Positions 35,826 to 46,309 of a stretch of DNA of 64,000 bases are shown here, piece by piece; the first letter of the stretch is position 1; the number at the start of each line of letters is the position of its first letter. Made by a program: the position numbers and the translations under genes. The notes below the pieces were generated by a model. That model was given only the letters and a program-made list of their open reading frames with translations. It did no database searches and had not been told where the DNA came from. Source of the stretch: Escherichia phage MLF4; sequence record NC_055780.1; one strand, 5' to 3'.

Positions 35826-37883
35826 ATGGAACTTATTACAGAATTATTTGACGGCGCTTCGGCGCCGGTTGTTAACTTAAATCCTAAGCATAAAATACCT
35901 CAAATTTTTGCTATTCAAGCAGGTGAAGAAAGCGTGCTTCCTGGATTTAGATTTTGTACATACACCTCTGGCGGTGATACGAATAAAAACGTTAAGCCAG
36001 GCGACAAAATGATGCATATCGTAATGATAGGTGTTAATGAGAAACTATCATTAGTTAAGCTTAAAAACTTGGGTGGAAATCCAATTGGCGTCATTAATGC
36101 TGTTTTTGATACTGCTCTTCAAACAATGAAGCAGTATAAAATTGATGCATGCCTATTCCGCGTACTAAAAAGTAAAACAAATGGCGCAGCTCGTCAAATG
36201 CAAGTTATTGCTGACCGTTTAGTACGTACTAAAGGAGCAGGTCGATATGTTCTTTTAAAGGAAATCTGGGATTATGATAAAAAGTACGCATATATTATGG
36301 TTTACCGTAAAAATGCCAATTTAGAAGACATTCCAGGTGTACCTCCTATTTCAACCGAGTTATTCACAAAAGTTGAATCAAAGGTTGGTGATGTTTATGT
36401 AGACGTTAAAACAGGTAATGCTGTTCCTAAAGCTGTTGCTGTTGCTGCTTCTATTGCTTTAGAAAATGATAAGCGCACGGATCAAGCTGTTATTCAGAAA
36501 ACTAAAATTAGTCGTCGATTAGCAGCACAAGCTCAATATTCTACTGTTGATGCTTCACTTCAGGGTGATAGCTTCGCTGCTAAGAAATATCAAGAGTTTG
36601 AATCTAAAGTTCCGGTATATAAAGCAGAAGGACCAATGAACTCTGGCGTTATTCAGATTGGTTCAAACTTTAGCAAAGGAGCTATCGGTGGTATGAGAAG
36701 TGCTTCTCGTTTTAAATCTAGTGATTATGAACTCGAAAGCTTCCGAAATCATATTGCATTGGCCCATGCACGTTTACGCGATCCATCTATCAAGCTGCAG
36801 AGCGATATAACATATCAAGGTTCTCAAGAATATTTAAAGAATAAAGAATTCTTTGATTATAAAACTGATAAAATTTTAAGCGATCTTGCTGACATTAATA
36901 TTTCTAATAGCTTTGATGTTATTAAGAAAATTGTCAATGATTTAGTTAAAGGTTCTAAAGCTACACCAGATGAAAAGACAGCTATTATTCAATTTGTCAT
37001 GAATGGAATTTATAAATTAATTGATGAATCTGCCGCTCAGGCATATGAATATGCAAGTACTGAAGTAACTCCAAAAGGATTAACTCAGGCTGAATCTGAT
37101 GTAATTGAAGATTATTGTGCAGATTCATATGTTGAAATGAACTCATTCCTTTTAGGTAAACCTGATTCTACCCGTGAAGAATATATGGAACGAGCTATTA
37201 AACATATTGAGACGCTGGATTCTGCATTTTCTAAAGGTTCAGTTCTTCCTCCAGGAACGACTCTTTATCGTGGGCAAGAAGTTACCTTTAAAACTTTGCG
37301 TCATAACATTGAAAATAAAATGTTCTATTTCAAGAACTTTGTATCTACTTCACTCAAGCCAAATATCTTCGGTGAATATGGTAAAAATTATATGGCCTTA
37401 GATGATTCCGGAGCAGTATTTTCTGGTGAAGGAGAAGGTTCAGTTGATGCTGAAGATTTAATGCATATGGGTAGTCATTCTACATATGCGAATGAAGACG
37501 CTGAAACTAGCGTGGGTATGGTAATTAAAGGAGCTGAACGAGTTAAAGTTATCGTTCCAGGTCATTTGTCAGGATTTCCATCAGAAGCTGAAGTTATTCT
37601 ACCACGTGGAATTTTACTGAAGATTAATAAAGTAAGTACTTACTTTATGAAAGAAACTGCTTATAACAAGTATCTAATCGAAGGTACAATCGTTCCTCCT
37701 TCTGAACAATTAGAAGAATCAGTATATGATGGCGACCATCTAATGGAAACTGGTGAAGTTCGTCCAATGGCTGGATTTAATCAATTCCTTGTAGAAGAAT
37801 CAAAAGAAGAGGAAAACGAAGTTTCTCAAATCTTAGCTTCTTTGGTTAACATTAACGGAATGTCTAAAAAGTTCAAAATGTAG
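35826..37883 (+). CDS. Alt-like ADP-ribosyltransferase, paralog 2
   Basis: 685 aa; same R-S-E signature (TLYRGQ, FVSTSL, EAEVILPRG); N-terminal ~200 aa highly similar to paralog 1, central region divergent. Confidence 0.8.
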   Translation: MELITELFDGASAPVVNLNPKHKIPQIFAIQAGEESVLPGFRFCTYTSGGDTNKNVKPGDKMMHIVMIGVNEKLSLVKLKNLGGNPIGVINAVFDTALQTMKQYKIDACLFRVLKSKTNGAARQMQVIADRLVRTKGAGRYVLLKEIWDYDKKYAYIMVYRKNANLEDIPGVPPISTELFTKVESKVGDVYVDVKTGNAVPKAVAVAASIALENDKRTDQAVIQKTKISRRLAAQAQYSTVDASLQGDSFAAKKYQEFESKVPVYKAEGPMNSGVIQIGSNFSKGAIGGMRSASRFKSSDYELESFRNHIALAHARLRDPSIKLQSDITYQGSQEYLKNKEFFDYKTDKILSDLADINISNSFDVIKKIVNDLVKGSKATPDEKTAIIQFVMNGIYKLIDESAAQAYEYASTEVTPKGLTQAESDVIEDYCADSYVEMNSFLLGKPDSTREEYMERAIKHIETLDSAFSKGSVLPPGTTLYRGQEVTFKTLRHNIENKMFYFKNFVSTSLKPNIFGEYGKNYMALDDSGAVFSGEGEGSVDAEDLMHMGSHSTYANEDAETSVGMVIKGAERVKVIVPGHLSGFPSEAEVILPRGILLKINKVSTYFMKETAYNKYLIEGTIVPPSEQLEESVYDGDHLMETGEVRPMAGFNQFLVEESKEEENEVSQILASLVNINGMSKKFKM

Positions 37884-37936
37884 TTTACAAGTCCCTCGTG
37901 TTGTGTTATAGTAGTCTTACTGACATAACATGAGGA
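37883..37936 (+). repeat. 54-nt early-promoter cassette, copy 2 (exact duplicate of 22078-22131)
   Basis: Identical 54-mer with GTTTACA ... TATAGT promoter boxes, directly upstream of the ORF at 37944. Confidence 0.85.
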
Positions 37937-37943
37937 ACACAAA

Positions 37944-38234
37944 ATGAAATCTTCTTTGCGCTTTTTAGGTCAAGAACTTGTAGTTGAAGGCGTTATTCCT
38001 GCTGATAATGCTTTTAATGAAGCAGTTTACGATGAATTTATTAAAATTTTCGGAACCGATAAAAAGTTTGGAATTTTTCCTTCTGAAAATTTTTCAAAGC
38101 CAGAACAGACTGAAAGTATTTTTCAGGGTGTAGTAACAGGTAAATTTGAGTCAGAAGCTCCGGTAAAAATTGAGGTTTATATTGAAGAAACCTCTGTTGC
38201 TTCAGTTGCTGCTTTTATTTCATTCCGTAAATAA
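37944..38234 (+). CDS. Hypothetical protein
   Basis: 96 aa ORF downstream of the repeated promoter cassette. Confidence 0.5.
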   Translation: MKSSLRFLGQELVVEGVIPADNAFNEAVYDEFIKIFGTDKKFGIFPSENFSKPEQTESIFQGVVTGKFESEAPVKIEVYIEETSVASVAAFISFRK

Positions 38235-38240
38235 AAACAT

Positions 38241-38258
38241 GGGGACCTTTCGGTCCCC
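38241..38258. terminator. Bidirectional terminator hairpin at the convergent junction (37944 ORF vs gene 54)
   Basis: GGGGACC-TTTC-GGTCCCC flanked by A/T runs on both sides. Confidence 0.6.
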
Positions 38259-38262
38259 ATTG

Positions 38263-39228
38263 TTATATTGCTCCTAATATTTTACTTTGCGAGTTGACAA
38301 TTCCTGTCATAGTATTAATATTTGAAATGCTTCCTGCAGTTCCCCCTAATCTACTAAGTCGTGAAAGCGAATTAGATAGTCCAGTAACACCTCCACTATT
38401 TCCGAGAACGCTTTGAATACCATTTATAGTAGCAGATTCAAGCCATTCAAGGGCAGCTTGTCTATCAACTGCTCCAGCCTGCATGACTCTATAAGCGAAA
38501 GTAACATCAAATGTAGTTATTTGGTTATCTCCATCATATGATAACTCAGGAGCACTCACAGATATTGGAATACAGCCAGTGAACATCACCGCAGTATGTG
38601 GTAATCCATTGCGAGAATGAAGATTGACCTGAATATCTGCCTCGACATCTTGCGGTAAAGCACGCAATCCAGTTACTGGGTCTTGAACGGCGTTAACCCA
38701 GTCTTGCATTGCACGATAGTTACAAGCTTCTGAATCCATTCTGAATGAAATAACCAAAGGGTCTAATTCTCTTCCAGTTATACGAATATTAGGAGAATTA
38801 TAGTTCCAGTCAGTTTCATAGGATAATCTATTCTCTGGCATTTTTACAGAATATATCATCAATCCAGATGAGTTATATGCCATGTTAAAGAAGTCAATTA
38901 AATATGTACCAACTGTAAATGAGCCTAATAAACTCTGAACAGTACGCTGACTCATAGCTCCAATAAGATATTTACTGACTCCCGATTTTCTTATTAGTTT
39001 TTGTGTGCCAGCGGTAATTAGCGTGGTAATTCCCTGATTAATATCGCCTTGAGACAATCCTAACCAGTCTGAATTTAGACCCAAGTTATTATAAGAAAAG
39101 TTGCTAATTGAACTTATCAACGAAGAGCTTTTAGTTGATGGAGTTGTCGCAAAAACGCAGCTAAACATATTATTACGTTGGAAATCTGCGTTTATTGCTT
39201 GATTATTAAATTCCTCTAAAGAATACAT
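38263..39228 (-). CDS. 54: Baseplate tail-tube initiator gp54
   Basis: 321 aa, synteny 48-54, size as T4 gp54. Confidence 0.85.
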   Translation of the reverse strand: MYSLEEFNNQAINADFQRNNMFSCVFATTPSTKSSSLISSISNFSYNNLGLNSDWLGLSQGDINQGITTLITAGTQKLIRKSGVSKYLIGAMSQRTVQSLLGSFTVGTYLIDFFNMAYNSSGLMIYSVKMPENRLSYETDWNYNSPNIRITGRELDPLVISFRMDSEACNYRAMQDWVNAVQDPVTGLRALPQDVEADIQVNLHSRNGLPHTAVMFTGCIPISVSAPELSYDGDNQITTFDVTFAYRVMQAGAVDRQAALEWLESATINGIQSVLGNSGGVTGLSNSLSRLSRLGGTAGSISNINTMTGIVNSQSKILGAI

Positions 39229-40322
39229 TAAAAAGTCCCCGCATATAAAGAAGCACGGTTTAACGTGATAATTTCTCTCATAGTAATCTCAAGAGTAAAT
39301 GTACTAGGGAGGTTTGGAGCAATAGCTAATCCGTTAAAGTTACCATTAGGTGTTTTATCAAATCTGATGCTCTGTATTTGGCATGGACCAAATATTTCCG
39401 TTTTTCCATCAAACTTAGATGTTGCACCAAAGTTTTTCACCATCCAAATTGTCGGGTTTGAAACTACTAGAACGTTAGTTAAGCTCGATGTCATTTTCTC
39501 AAATAGTGTTTTATTTTTAGCTGCGTCTTCCGGAGATAAAGGTTCAATTAACGTAGAACGATACCAATCATCCAAATACCCCTTTATTTCAGCAGCATAT
39601 TGAGATTTGCCTGTTTCACCATAAGAAAAATAGTTAAAATATTGATAGATATTGATAATAGCCATCAAATCTTCTGTTGAACGTGGAGTCAAATCCCATG
39701 TAAACACTTTAGTTCTATTCTCAGCACCACCATACATACTTCTGGCTGTCGTATAAATCTGTTCATTATTATCAGCCATTATACCTTGTGTTATACTTTC
39801 CAGTGCCCCAAATACTGCAGTTGAAGCAATATTACTTAACACACCAGTAGCAGTACCTCCGCCTCTGCTGATAAGACTTTCTTGAACATCATTAAATCTA
39901 TGTGATGATGTATCAACGTCAGATTTAGATCTCGGTAAAAGAATGTTTGCGACAGGAGCTTTACTTATTGTTCCTGAATTATTGTTTGATATTAATCCAT
40001 TTGATAGTTTTGATACTGTACTACTAATAGTGTTTCTAGCTGTACTTAAAATACTCGAAGATGAAGAAGAGTAGTTAGATCTCATCGATCTAAGACTTCC
40101 AGAATCCCTAGATGACATATTGTACGCAGTAAATAATAATCCATTCTTATATAGATCTGTTACCTGGAAGTCCCCTGTAGTGTCATTACCACTAGCACGC
40201 CCAGTTGGAAACTGGGCAGTGTATGTTTTAGTTGCTACTTCTGATTTAGTACTCTGTCCGGCTGAAATTTTCTCACCGGACTTTTTAATTAAATCAGCAG
40301 TTATTTCTTTAACAATTGCCAT
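39228..40322 (-). CDS. 48: Baseplate tail-tube junction protein gp48
   Basis: 364 aa (same as T4 gp48), synteny 29-48-54. Confidence 0.85.
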   Translation of the reverse strand: MAIVKEITADLIKKSGEKISAGQSTKSEVATKTYTAQFPTGRASGNDTTGDFQVTDLYKNGLLFTAYNMSSRDSGSLRSMRSNYSSSSSSILSTARNTISSTVSKLSNGLISNNNSGTISKAPVANILLPRSKSDVDTSSHRFNDVQESLISRGGGTATGVLSNIASTAVFGALESITQGIMADNNEQIYTTARSMYGGAENRTKVFTWDLTPRSTEDLMAIINIYQYFNYFSYGETGKSQYAAEIKGYLDDWYRSTLIEPLSPEDAAKNKTLFEKMTSSLTNVLVVSNPTIWMVKNFGATSKFDGKTEIFGPCQIQSIRFDKTPNGNFNGLAIAPNLPSTFTLEITMREIITLNRASLYAGTF

Positions 40323-40330
40323 ATTATTCC

Positions 40331-42103
40331 TTAATTAACTCCAGTCGCATCAAATACACCAGGAGCAGTCGTGCTCGTTACGGGTGTCATATTATGAACG
40401 ACAGTATTTTTCTTAATAACATTATTAGTATTATTGATCGAAGGAGATGCTTGTTGAACAGGAGCTTGCTGTGCTTTGTTCTTTTCTATTACCTGGACTT
40501 GTTTTGCTTCTGGCGATTTAGCAGAAGTTTCAGGTTTGGCATTAGGCTGATTTTTCTTGAGCTCTTGATAAGTAGCATCAATTTTAGAAAATCTAGCAGC
40601 AAGTTCTTTTTTAACTGCCGGTGAATTATTTAAATCTGGGTCATCCATCCGTTTTTTAAGGTCTTCATAGGCAGCTTCAACTGATTTAACCGTTGAGTCT
40701 TTACTCATATCAGCTGAATCAGCATATTTTTCAAAACGAATCATCGCGGCACGGGCTTCATTAGCCTTCATTAAAGCATTTTTTCTTTCTTCAGGTGAAA
40801 GTTGCTTTAATTTTTCTTCTTCTGCTGCGCGTTCTTCATCGGTTGTCAATGCTTCTTTATTATCAACGCCACGAATCCAGTTAGATGCACGAGTTTTCCA
40901 ATTAGCAATTTTATCTAATCCTTTTGCTATCGGACCAAGGTCTCCGTTCATTCGTTTATCTTGATAATTTGCAACTTTTTCCTGGTCTTCTTTATTGAGA
41001 GATGCTCCAGTAGAATTTTGGAAATTTTCTAGTGCTCTTCCTTCTACTTCATCAGCGGTATCCTTCATGCCAGGAATGACTCGAAGAATTGCAGCAGATA
41101 ATTTAGCCATTCCAAGCTGAATAAGTTCTCCTAAATTATAAAGAACCTTTCCAAGCCCTTCTACAATAGCTACCGTCAAACCGCCCCAATCTCCCTCTTC
41201 CCAGAATTTTTTAATTTCATCAATAGAACTAAAGATGCTCTGTAATAAAGGACCCCATGTTCCGGTTTCGCTAGAGAATTTAGTAAAGTCTGTACTAAAC
41301 AAATCCCAAGCCTGCGAAAATTTATCTGACCAATATTTGAAATGAACCATCAGCAGATCTATTCCAACAACAACAGCCAATATCATTGCAGTCATTTTAG
41401 CAGCTTCAATAGCAGCACTAACGGTATACTTAAATAGCATGCTTGATATTTTATCAGTAATTGAAATGGATTTCTTAAATCCAAAATCAACAGTCTTTGT
41501 TAATTTATCTAAAGCTTGAGATAATTTTAAGTTAAATGCGTCTTTTTTCTGTTTTTCTTCTGGCGATTCTTGTTTAGGTTCAACTGGCTGAGGGGTAGGG
41601 AAAAAATCAGCATCAGGATCATTATTAACTGCTTCAGGAGCCGGTAATAAAGGACCCACAGATTCAGCTGTATCGTCCTCAACAACTTTAACAGGAATAG
41701 CGCTTTCAACCGTAGCTAAACTAGTTCCTGTTTGTTGAATTCCGGCTGTCTGGATTTTTTGCTCGAGTAAACTCGTTAATTTATCTAATTTACTTCCGAG
41801 CGATTCACCGATTTCTTTATTAATATTATTGCCAATTTCGACAGTTTCAGCAATTAACTCAGAACCGGCAGTAGTATCACTTACTGCGCTTTCAACGTTA
41901 TCAATTGCTCCAACTATTTCATTTGATTTTTCTTCAACAGTCTGAGCTATTAATTCAGAAGCAGCTTGAGTATCATCCAATTTCGTAGATATATCATTAA
42001 GTCCAGATAAAGTGTTAGAAGCAGATTTAGCCGCTTCCTGTGTTGGTTTATTATCTGAAATAACTTTTCTACGCATCGTTTGCATTTCTTGTGGCTTTTT
42101 CAT
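40331..42103 (-). CDS. 29: Tail length tape measure / baseplate hub protein gp29
   Basis: 590 aa (same as T4 gp29), synteny 28-29-48. Confidence 0.85.
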   Translation of the reverse strand: MKKPQEMQTMRRKVISDNKPTQEAAKSASNTLSGLNDISTKLDDTQAASELIAQTVEEKSNEIVGAIDNVESAVSDTTAGSELIAETVEIGNNINKEIGESLGSKLDKLTSLLEQKIQTAGIQQTGTSLATVESAIPVKVVEDDTAESVGPLLPAPEAVNNDPDADFFPTPQPVEPKQESPEEKQKKDAFNLKLSQALDKLTKTVDFGFKKSISITDKISSMLFKYTVSAAIEAAKMTAMILAVVVGIDLLMVHFKYWSDKFSQAWDLFSTDFTKFSSETGTWGPLLQSIFSSIDEIKKFWEEGDWGGLTVAIVEGLGKVLYNLGELIQLGMAKLSAAILRVIPGMKDTADEVEGRALENFQNSTGASLNKEDQEKVANYQDKRMNGDLGPIAKGLDKIANWKTRASNWIRGVDNKEALTTDEERAAEEEKLKQLSPEERKNALMKANEARAAMIRFEKYADSADMSKDSTVKSVEAAYEDLKKRMDDPDLNNSPAVKKELAARFSKIDATYQELKKNQPNAKPETSAKSPEAKQVQVIEKNKAQQAPVQQASPSINNTNNVIKKNTVVHNMTPVTSTTAPGVFDATGVN

Positions 42104-42633
42104 TCAAATAATCCAATAATATTGCCAATTCCAGTTATTGGACCATTAGGGCCAGGAATTGCTAAAGTTGTAAAAATATCATTTGCCCATTTTAAAACGA
42201 ATGCTGGCATCTCAAGAAAATTAATTTCTTTAACTTCATCATTGACCTTAAGCAAGCATTTGGATAACATATCGCTCACCGTTAAAAATTGTTCAAATTT
42301 TCCAGGAGGTCTAAAATAAAATGTATTTCCTTGGTATTGAAATTCTAATCTTTGGCATACATAAACATCATTAATGTCATAAGTATAACCATCTATTTCT
42401 TTACGAGATTTAATCTTTCCATTAAATTCCAATAAATGAATGGAAACGAAATCAACTTCTGCTGGTGATAAATTCGGGCAAATAGAATCAATAAGAAGTT
42501 TTAAATTTTCATCAGGACCTTTAACATCTTTTAAAATGTTATAATGTTTAAGACCCATTTTAGGAATAGAAACTTCTTTATTGCTTATTGGAAGAACTAC
42601 TTTCTTCAGTGGTAGTATCAGATTTAAATTCAT
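42100..42633 (-). CDS. 28: Baseplate hub distal subunit gp28
   Basis: 177 aa (same as T4 gp28); overlaps the gene 27 3' end by 56 nt. Confidence 0.8.
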   Translation of the reverse strand: MNLNLILPLKKVVLPISNKEVSIPKMGLKHYNILKDVKGPDENLKLLIDSICPNLSPAEVDFVSIHLLEFNGKIKSRKEIDGYTYDINDVYVCQRLEFQYQGNTFYFRPPGKFEQFLTVSDMLSKCLLKVNDEVKEINFLEMPAFVLKWANDIFTTLAIPGPNGPITGIGNIIGLFE

Positions 42634-43753
42634 TTTTAACCTTAACTGGGTCTATTGTTTCCAGTTTCGTTGCATTAGTGAACATATATAGATGAGTTAC
42701 TGAATTATTATTAGATAATTCGTGAATAACTTCATCAACGTAAAATTCTGTTTTAAATTGGTTTTTACTATCATTAAAAATAATTTTAACGCCGGGAGTC
42801 AAGTTAAAATTACCGACAGTAGAACATTTAGCGTAACCATCATACTGCGCCATAGTCTGAAGACGAATAGCTTCTTCATATCCATTTCTATAAGTCATTT
42901 CAGAATAAGCACCTGACCTTGACACTACAATAGAGTTTTCACCCTTTCCTGTAGTAATCATTGGTAATGAAGAATCTAAAAATGAATGAGCATAGATAGT
43001 AGCATTTTTCATTGGATCGCGTTTATGAGGATTCGATTTAGTCAACCAAACGAAATCATATGCTAATGGATATTTTAATTCTTGGATGAATTGACCTATT
43101 AAAGATGGCTCACCGACAATCATTGGATACGGTTCTTGATTTATCATCATATCATAGTCCATCATGTTAACTCCCATGATGTCTTGCCACACAAATACAA
43201 ATTTGTCACTTCCTACAGCTAGAGCAACTTCTCTAACATACGACAAATAGTTTTCAAATGTGCTAGTCCATGGAATATCAGGAACATAAGCATTTATAGC
43301 ATTTATTGCTGGAGTTAATAACGTGCGATCCTGATAAATGACACCAAGCATTTCCTTTATAGATTCACCTGCATCAGAGAAAAACGGTCTGCCAAATTTA
43401 AGATTTTCTATAGAATGAATAGTTCCCAATTCAATAGCAATGATGTTATCACCCTTTGAATCTACTGACACTGAAAAATGCTTACATCCATAAATTCGTG
43501 TTTTAACATTATTAATATCGTTTGCATTAGCTACAGAAATCTGAATTATTTCATTTCCATCCATTTTTGTATGGATATTTTTAGAATCATAAAACTGCAG
43601 CATTCCTTCATTTCGGCCATAAAGAGAATCCCGCATAGTTAATGTGGTAATAGTAGCAGCTAATTCAACAAATCTATTATTACTCCAAGCGTCGTAGCTA
43701 TCAAATAATTTAACGCTGAGATTTGGATATCCTGGGCGTTGCAACATACTCAT
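42578..43753 (-). CDS. 27: Baseplate hub subunit gp27
   Basis: 391 aa (same as T4 gp27), synteny 51-27-28. Confidence 0.85.
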   Translation of the reverse strand: MSMLQRPGYPNLSVKLFDSYDAWSNNRFVELAATITTLTMRDSLYGRNEGMLQFYDSKNIHTKMDGNEIIQISVANANDINNVKTRIYGCKHFSVSVDSKGDNIIAIELGTIHSIENLKFGRPFFSDAGESIKEMLGVIYQDRTLLTPAINAINAYVPDIPWTSTFENYLSYVREVALAVGSDKFVFVWQDIMGVNMMDYDMMINQEPYPMIVGEPSLIGQFIQELKYPLAYDFVWLTKSNPHKRDPMKNATIYAHSFLDSSLPMITTGKGENSIVVSRSGAYSEMTYRNGYEEAIRLQTMAQYDGYAKCSTVGNFNLTPGVKIIFNDSKNQFKTEFYVDEVIHELSNNNSVTHLYMFTNATKLETIDPVKVKNEFKSDTTTEESSSSNKQ

Positions 43754-44502
43754 TATTGTTTATCCTTCTCAATCAGTTTTAATACGAATCCGCGCTCAGC
43801 AGGAATCATTTTCATTATTGAATTTAAGCTATAATTACTTTTTACGAGTGTGTGATTAATTTGATAAAAAGTAAATATTTCATCTGGGTTAACTAATAGC
43901 TTAAACACATCTACTATATCAGTGTATTTTTTTACATACTTATTACAACATGACATATGTAATGTTAAATTAATAGGATTCATTGCATCGAGAATTTTTT
44001 CTAATGTTTCTATCTCGATGGCATCAACAAGTTCTATTTGACTTGATTCGCTAATTTCCTTCCAATCATACCATATTTCATCTACTTGAACAGAATGAAT
44101 ATTTTCAGTAATCATCTTTGCTTTATTTTCATAAAACTCAGAAGGAAACTTTAATTTAATTTTAACATTAGCTACATCAAAAACAGGTTCCTTTAATTCT
44201 TTTTGATATATTTCAAATGGAACTGTCTTTTCTTTTTTACATTTTGGACATACAAATGTGACCGGTACTTTAGTTTTACCTATTGACCCTACAAATACCT
44301 GCAAAAATATAAATGGTTGCCAAGTCTTCGGATAGTCTCCAAAATAATCGGCAATTAAATCAGCAATTATTTCTTTTTGTTCTTGTGGTGACCGATGTTC
44401 TATATCGTTTCGAACTAACAAAAAATCTCGATAATCTTCTACCGTAAATGGTTTAAAACGATGAACACCATCTGGTAATTTACAACGAATAATGTTTGCC
44501 AT
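43753..44502 (-). CDS. 51: Baseplate hub assembly catalyst gp51
   Basis: 249 aa (same as T4 gp51); divergent from gene 26. Confidence 0.8.
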   Translation of the reverse strand: MANIIRCKLPDGVHRFKPFTVEDYRDFLLVRNDIEHRSPQEQKEIIADLIADYFGDYPKTWQPFIFLQVFVGSIGKTKVPVTFVCPKCKKEKTVPFEIYQKELKEPVFDVANVKIKLKFPSEFYENKAKMITENIHSVQVDEIWYDWKEISESSQIELVDAIEIETLEKILDAMNPINLTLHMSCCNKYVKKYTDIVDVFKLLVNPDEIFTFYQINHTLVKSNYSLNSIMKMIPAERGFVLKLIEKDKQ

Positions 44503-44519
44503 AGATGCTCCTTTTATTC

Positions 44520-44531
44520 TATTTATAAATA
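44520..44531. promoter_or_regulatory. Overlapping divergent late promoters (TATAAATA on both strands) for genes 51 and 26
   Basis: Plus-strand TATTTATAAATA: minus-strand TATAAATA at 44520-44527 and plus-strand TATAAATA at 44524-44531. Confidence 0.65.
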
Positions 44532-44552
44532 TGATAAATAAAGGAGCTAAAT

Positions 44553-45179
44553 ATGTATGAATACAAATTTGATGTGAGAGTTGGTTCTAAAATAATCAAC
44601 TGTCGCGCATTTACTCTTAAAGAATATCTAGAACTTATTACTGCTAAAAAGAACGGTTCAGTAGAAGAGATCGTTAAAAAACTAATTAAAGACTGTACAA
44701 ATGCAAAAGATTTAAACCGTCAAGAATCAGAACTACTGCTGATTCATTTATGGGCACATTCTCTTGGAGAAGTTAATCACGAAAACTCCTGGAAGTGCAT
44801 CTGCGGAACTGAAATACCAACCCATATAAATCTATTACATACACAAATAGATGCACCAGAAGACCTCTGGTATACACTGGGTGACATTAAAATTAAATTC
44901 CGATACCCTAAAATTTTTGATGATAAAAATATAGCCCACATGATAGTATCATGCATAGAAACGATTCATGCTAACGGGGAAAGCATTCCAGTTGAAGACT
45001 TAAATGAAAAAGAACTGGAAGATTTATATTCTATCATCACAGAGTCAGATATTGTAGCTATAAAAGATATGCTTTTAAAGCCTACTGTTTATTTGGCTGT
45101 TCCAATTAAGTGTCCAGAGTGTGGAAAAACTCACGCTCATGTAATAAGAGGACTCAAAGAATTCTTTGAGCTATTGTAA
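44553..45179 (+). CDS. 26: Baseplate hub subunit gp26
   Basis: 208 aa (same as T4 gp26), RBS AAGGAG. Confidence 0.8.
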   Translation: MYEYKFDVRVGSKIINCRAFTLKEYLELITAKKNGSVEEIVKKLIKDCTNAKDLNRQESELLLIHLWAHSLGEVNHENSWKCICGTEIPTHINLLHTQIDAPEDLWYTLGDIKIKFRYPKIFDDKNIAHMIVSCIETIHANGESIPVEDLNEKELEDLYSIITESDIVAIKDMLLKPTVYLAVPIKCPECGKTHAHVIRGLKEFFELL

Positions 45180-45577
45180 TGGCAAATATTAATAAGCTTT
45201 ATTCTGACATTGACCCAGAAATGAAAATGGATTGGGACAAAGACGTTTCCAGATCTCTTGGATTAAGGTCAATTAAAAATAGCCTTTTAGGAATTATTAC
45301 AACCAGGAAAGGGTCAAGGCCATTTGACCCAGAGTTTGGATGCGATTTATCTGATCAGCTTTTTGAGAATATGACTCCTCTTACTGCTGATACTGTTGAG
45401 CGTAACATTGAAAGCGCAGTAAGAAACTATGAGCCACGTATTGATAAATTAGCAGTTAATGTAATACCGGTTTATGATGATTATACTCTGATAGTAGAAA
45501 TACGCTTTTCGGTCATCGATAACCCTGATGATATTGAGCAGATAAAACTACAACTGGCTTCCAGTAATAGAGTATAA
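45179..45577 (+). CDS. 25: Baseplate wedge protein gp25 (LysM/gpW-like)
   Basis: 132 aa (same as T4 gp25), synteny 26-25-uvsY. Confidence 0.85.
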   Translation: MANINKLYSDIDPEMKMDWDKDVSRSLGLRSIKNSLLGIITTRKGSRPFDPEFGCDLSDQLFENMTPLTADTVERNIESAVRNYEPRIDKLAVNVIPVYDDYTLIVEIRFSVIDNPDDIEQIKLQLASSNRV

Positions 45578-45603
45578 TGCTTCACGTATAAACGTGGTAT
45601 AAT
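45577..45603 (+). promoter_or_regulatory. MotA-dependent middle promoter upstream of uvsY
   Basis: MotA box ATGCTTCA at 45577-45584, 13-nt spacer, -10 TATAAT at 45598-45603. Confidence 0.6.
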
Positions 45604-45643
45604 GAATCTAAGTCCATCCAATAACAATTGAATAGAGAACAAT

Positions 45644-46057
45644 ATGAGATTAGAAGATCTTCAAGAAGAATTGAAGAAAGATGTGTTTATAGATTCGACT
45701 AAATTACAGTATGAAGCAGCTAATAATGTGATGTTATATAGTAAATGGCTTAATAAGCATTCAAGTATTAAAAAGGAAATGCTTAGAATTGATGCACAGA
45801 AAAAAGTTGCTCTTAAAGCTAAATTAGACTACTACTCGGGACGAGGAGATGGTGATGAATTTAGTATGGATCGTTACGAGAAATCAGAAATGAAAACAGT
45901 TCTATCAGCTGATAAGGATGTTTTAAAGGTTGATACCTCGTTACAGTATTGGGGGATTTTATTGGATTTCTGTAGCGGAGCTCTTGATGCTATTAAATCA
46001 CGCGGATTTGCTATTAAGCATATTCAAGACATGCGAGCATTTGAGGCTGGAAAATAA
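45644..46057 (+). CDS. uvsY: Recombination mediator UvsY
   Basis: 137 aa (same as T4 UvsY), synteny 25-uvsY-uvsW. Confidence 0.85.
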   Translation: MRLEDLQEELKKDVFIDSTKLQYEAANNVMLYSKWLNKHSSIKKEMLRIDAQKKVALKAKLDYYSGRGDGDEFSMDRYEKSEMKTVLSADKDVLKVDTSLQYWGILLDFCSGALDAIKSRGFAIKHIQDMRAFEAGK

Positions 46058-46281
46058 TGAGATATAGCATTGATGATGCTTTTAATTATGAAGAAGAATT
46101 CGAAACGGAAATTCAATTCTTAATGAAAAAGCATAATCTTAAGCGTCAGGATATTCGTATCCTTGCCGACCACCCGTGTGGTGAAGATGTCCTTTATATT
46201 AAAGGAAAATTTGCTGGATATCTTGATGAATATTTTTATTCTAAAGATATGGGCATTGATATGCATATGAGAGTTGTATAA
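46057..46281 (+). CDS. Hypothetical protein (uvsY.-1-like)
   Basis: 74 aa ORF coupled to the uvsY stop. Confidence 0.55.
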   Translation: MRYSIDDAFNYEEEFETEIQFLMKKHNLKRQDIRILADHPCGEDVLYIKGKFAGYLDEYFYSKDMGIDMHMRVV

Positions 46282-46284
46282 ATA
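46277..46284 (+). promoter_or_regulatory. Late promoter TATAAATA upstream of the small ORF at 46310
   Basis: Exact TATAAATA 26 nt upstream of the ATG, overlapping the upstream ORF stop. Confidence 0.55.
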
Positions 46285-46309
46285 GATATATAATTCAGAG
46301 GAGACAATC

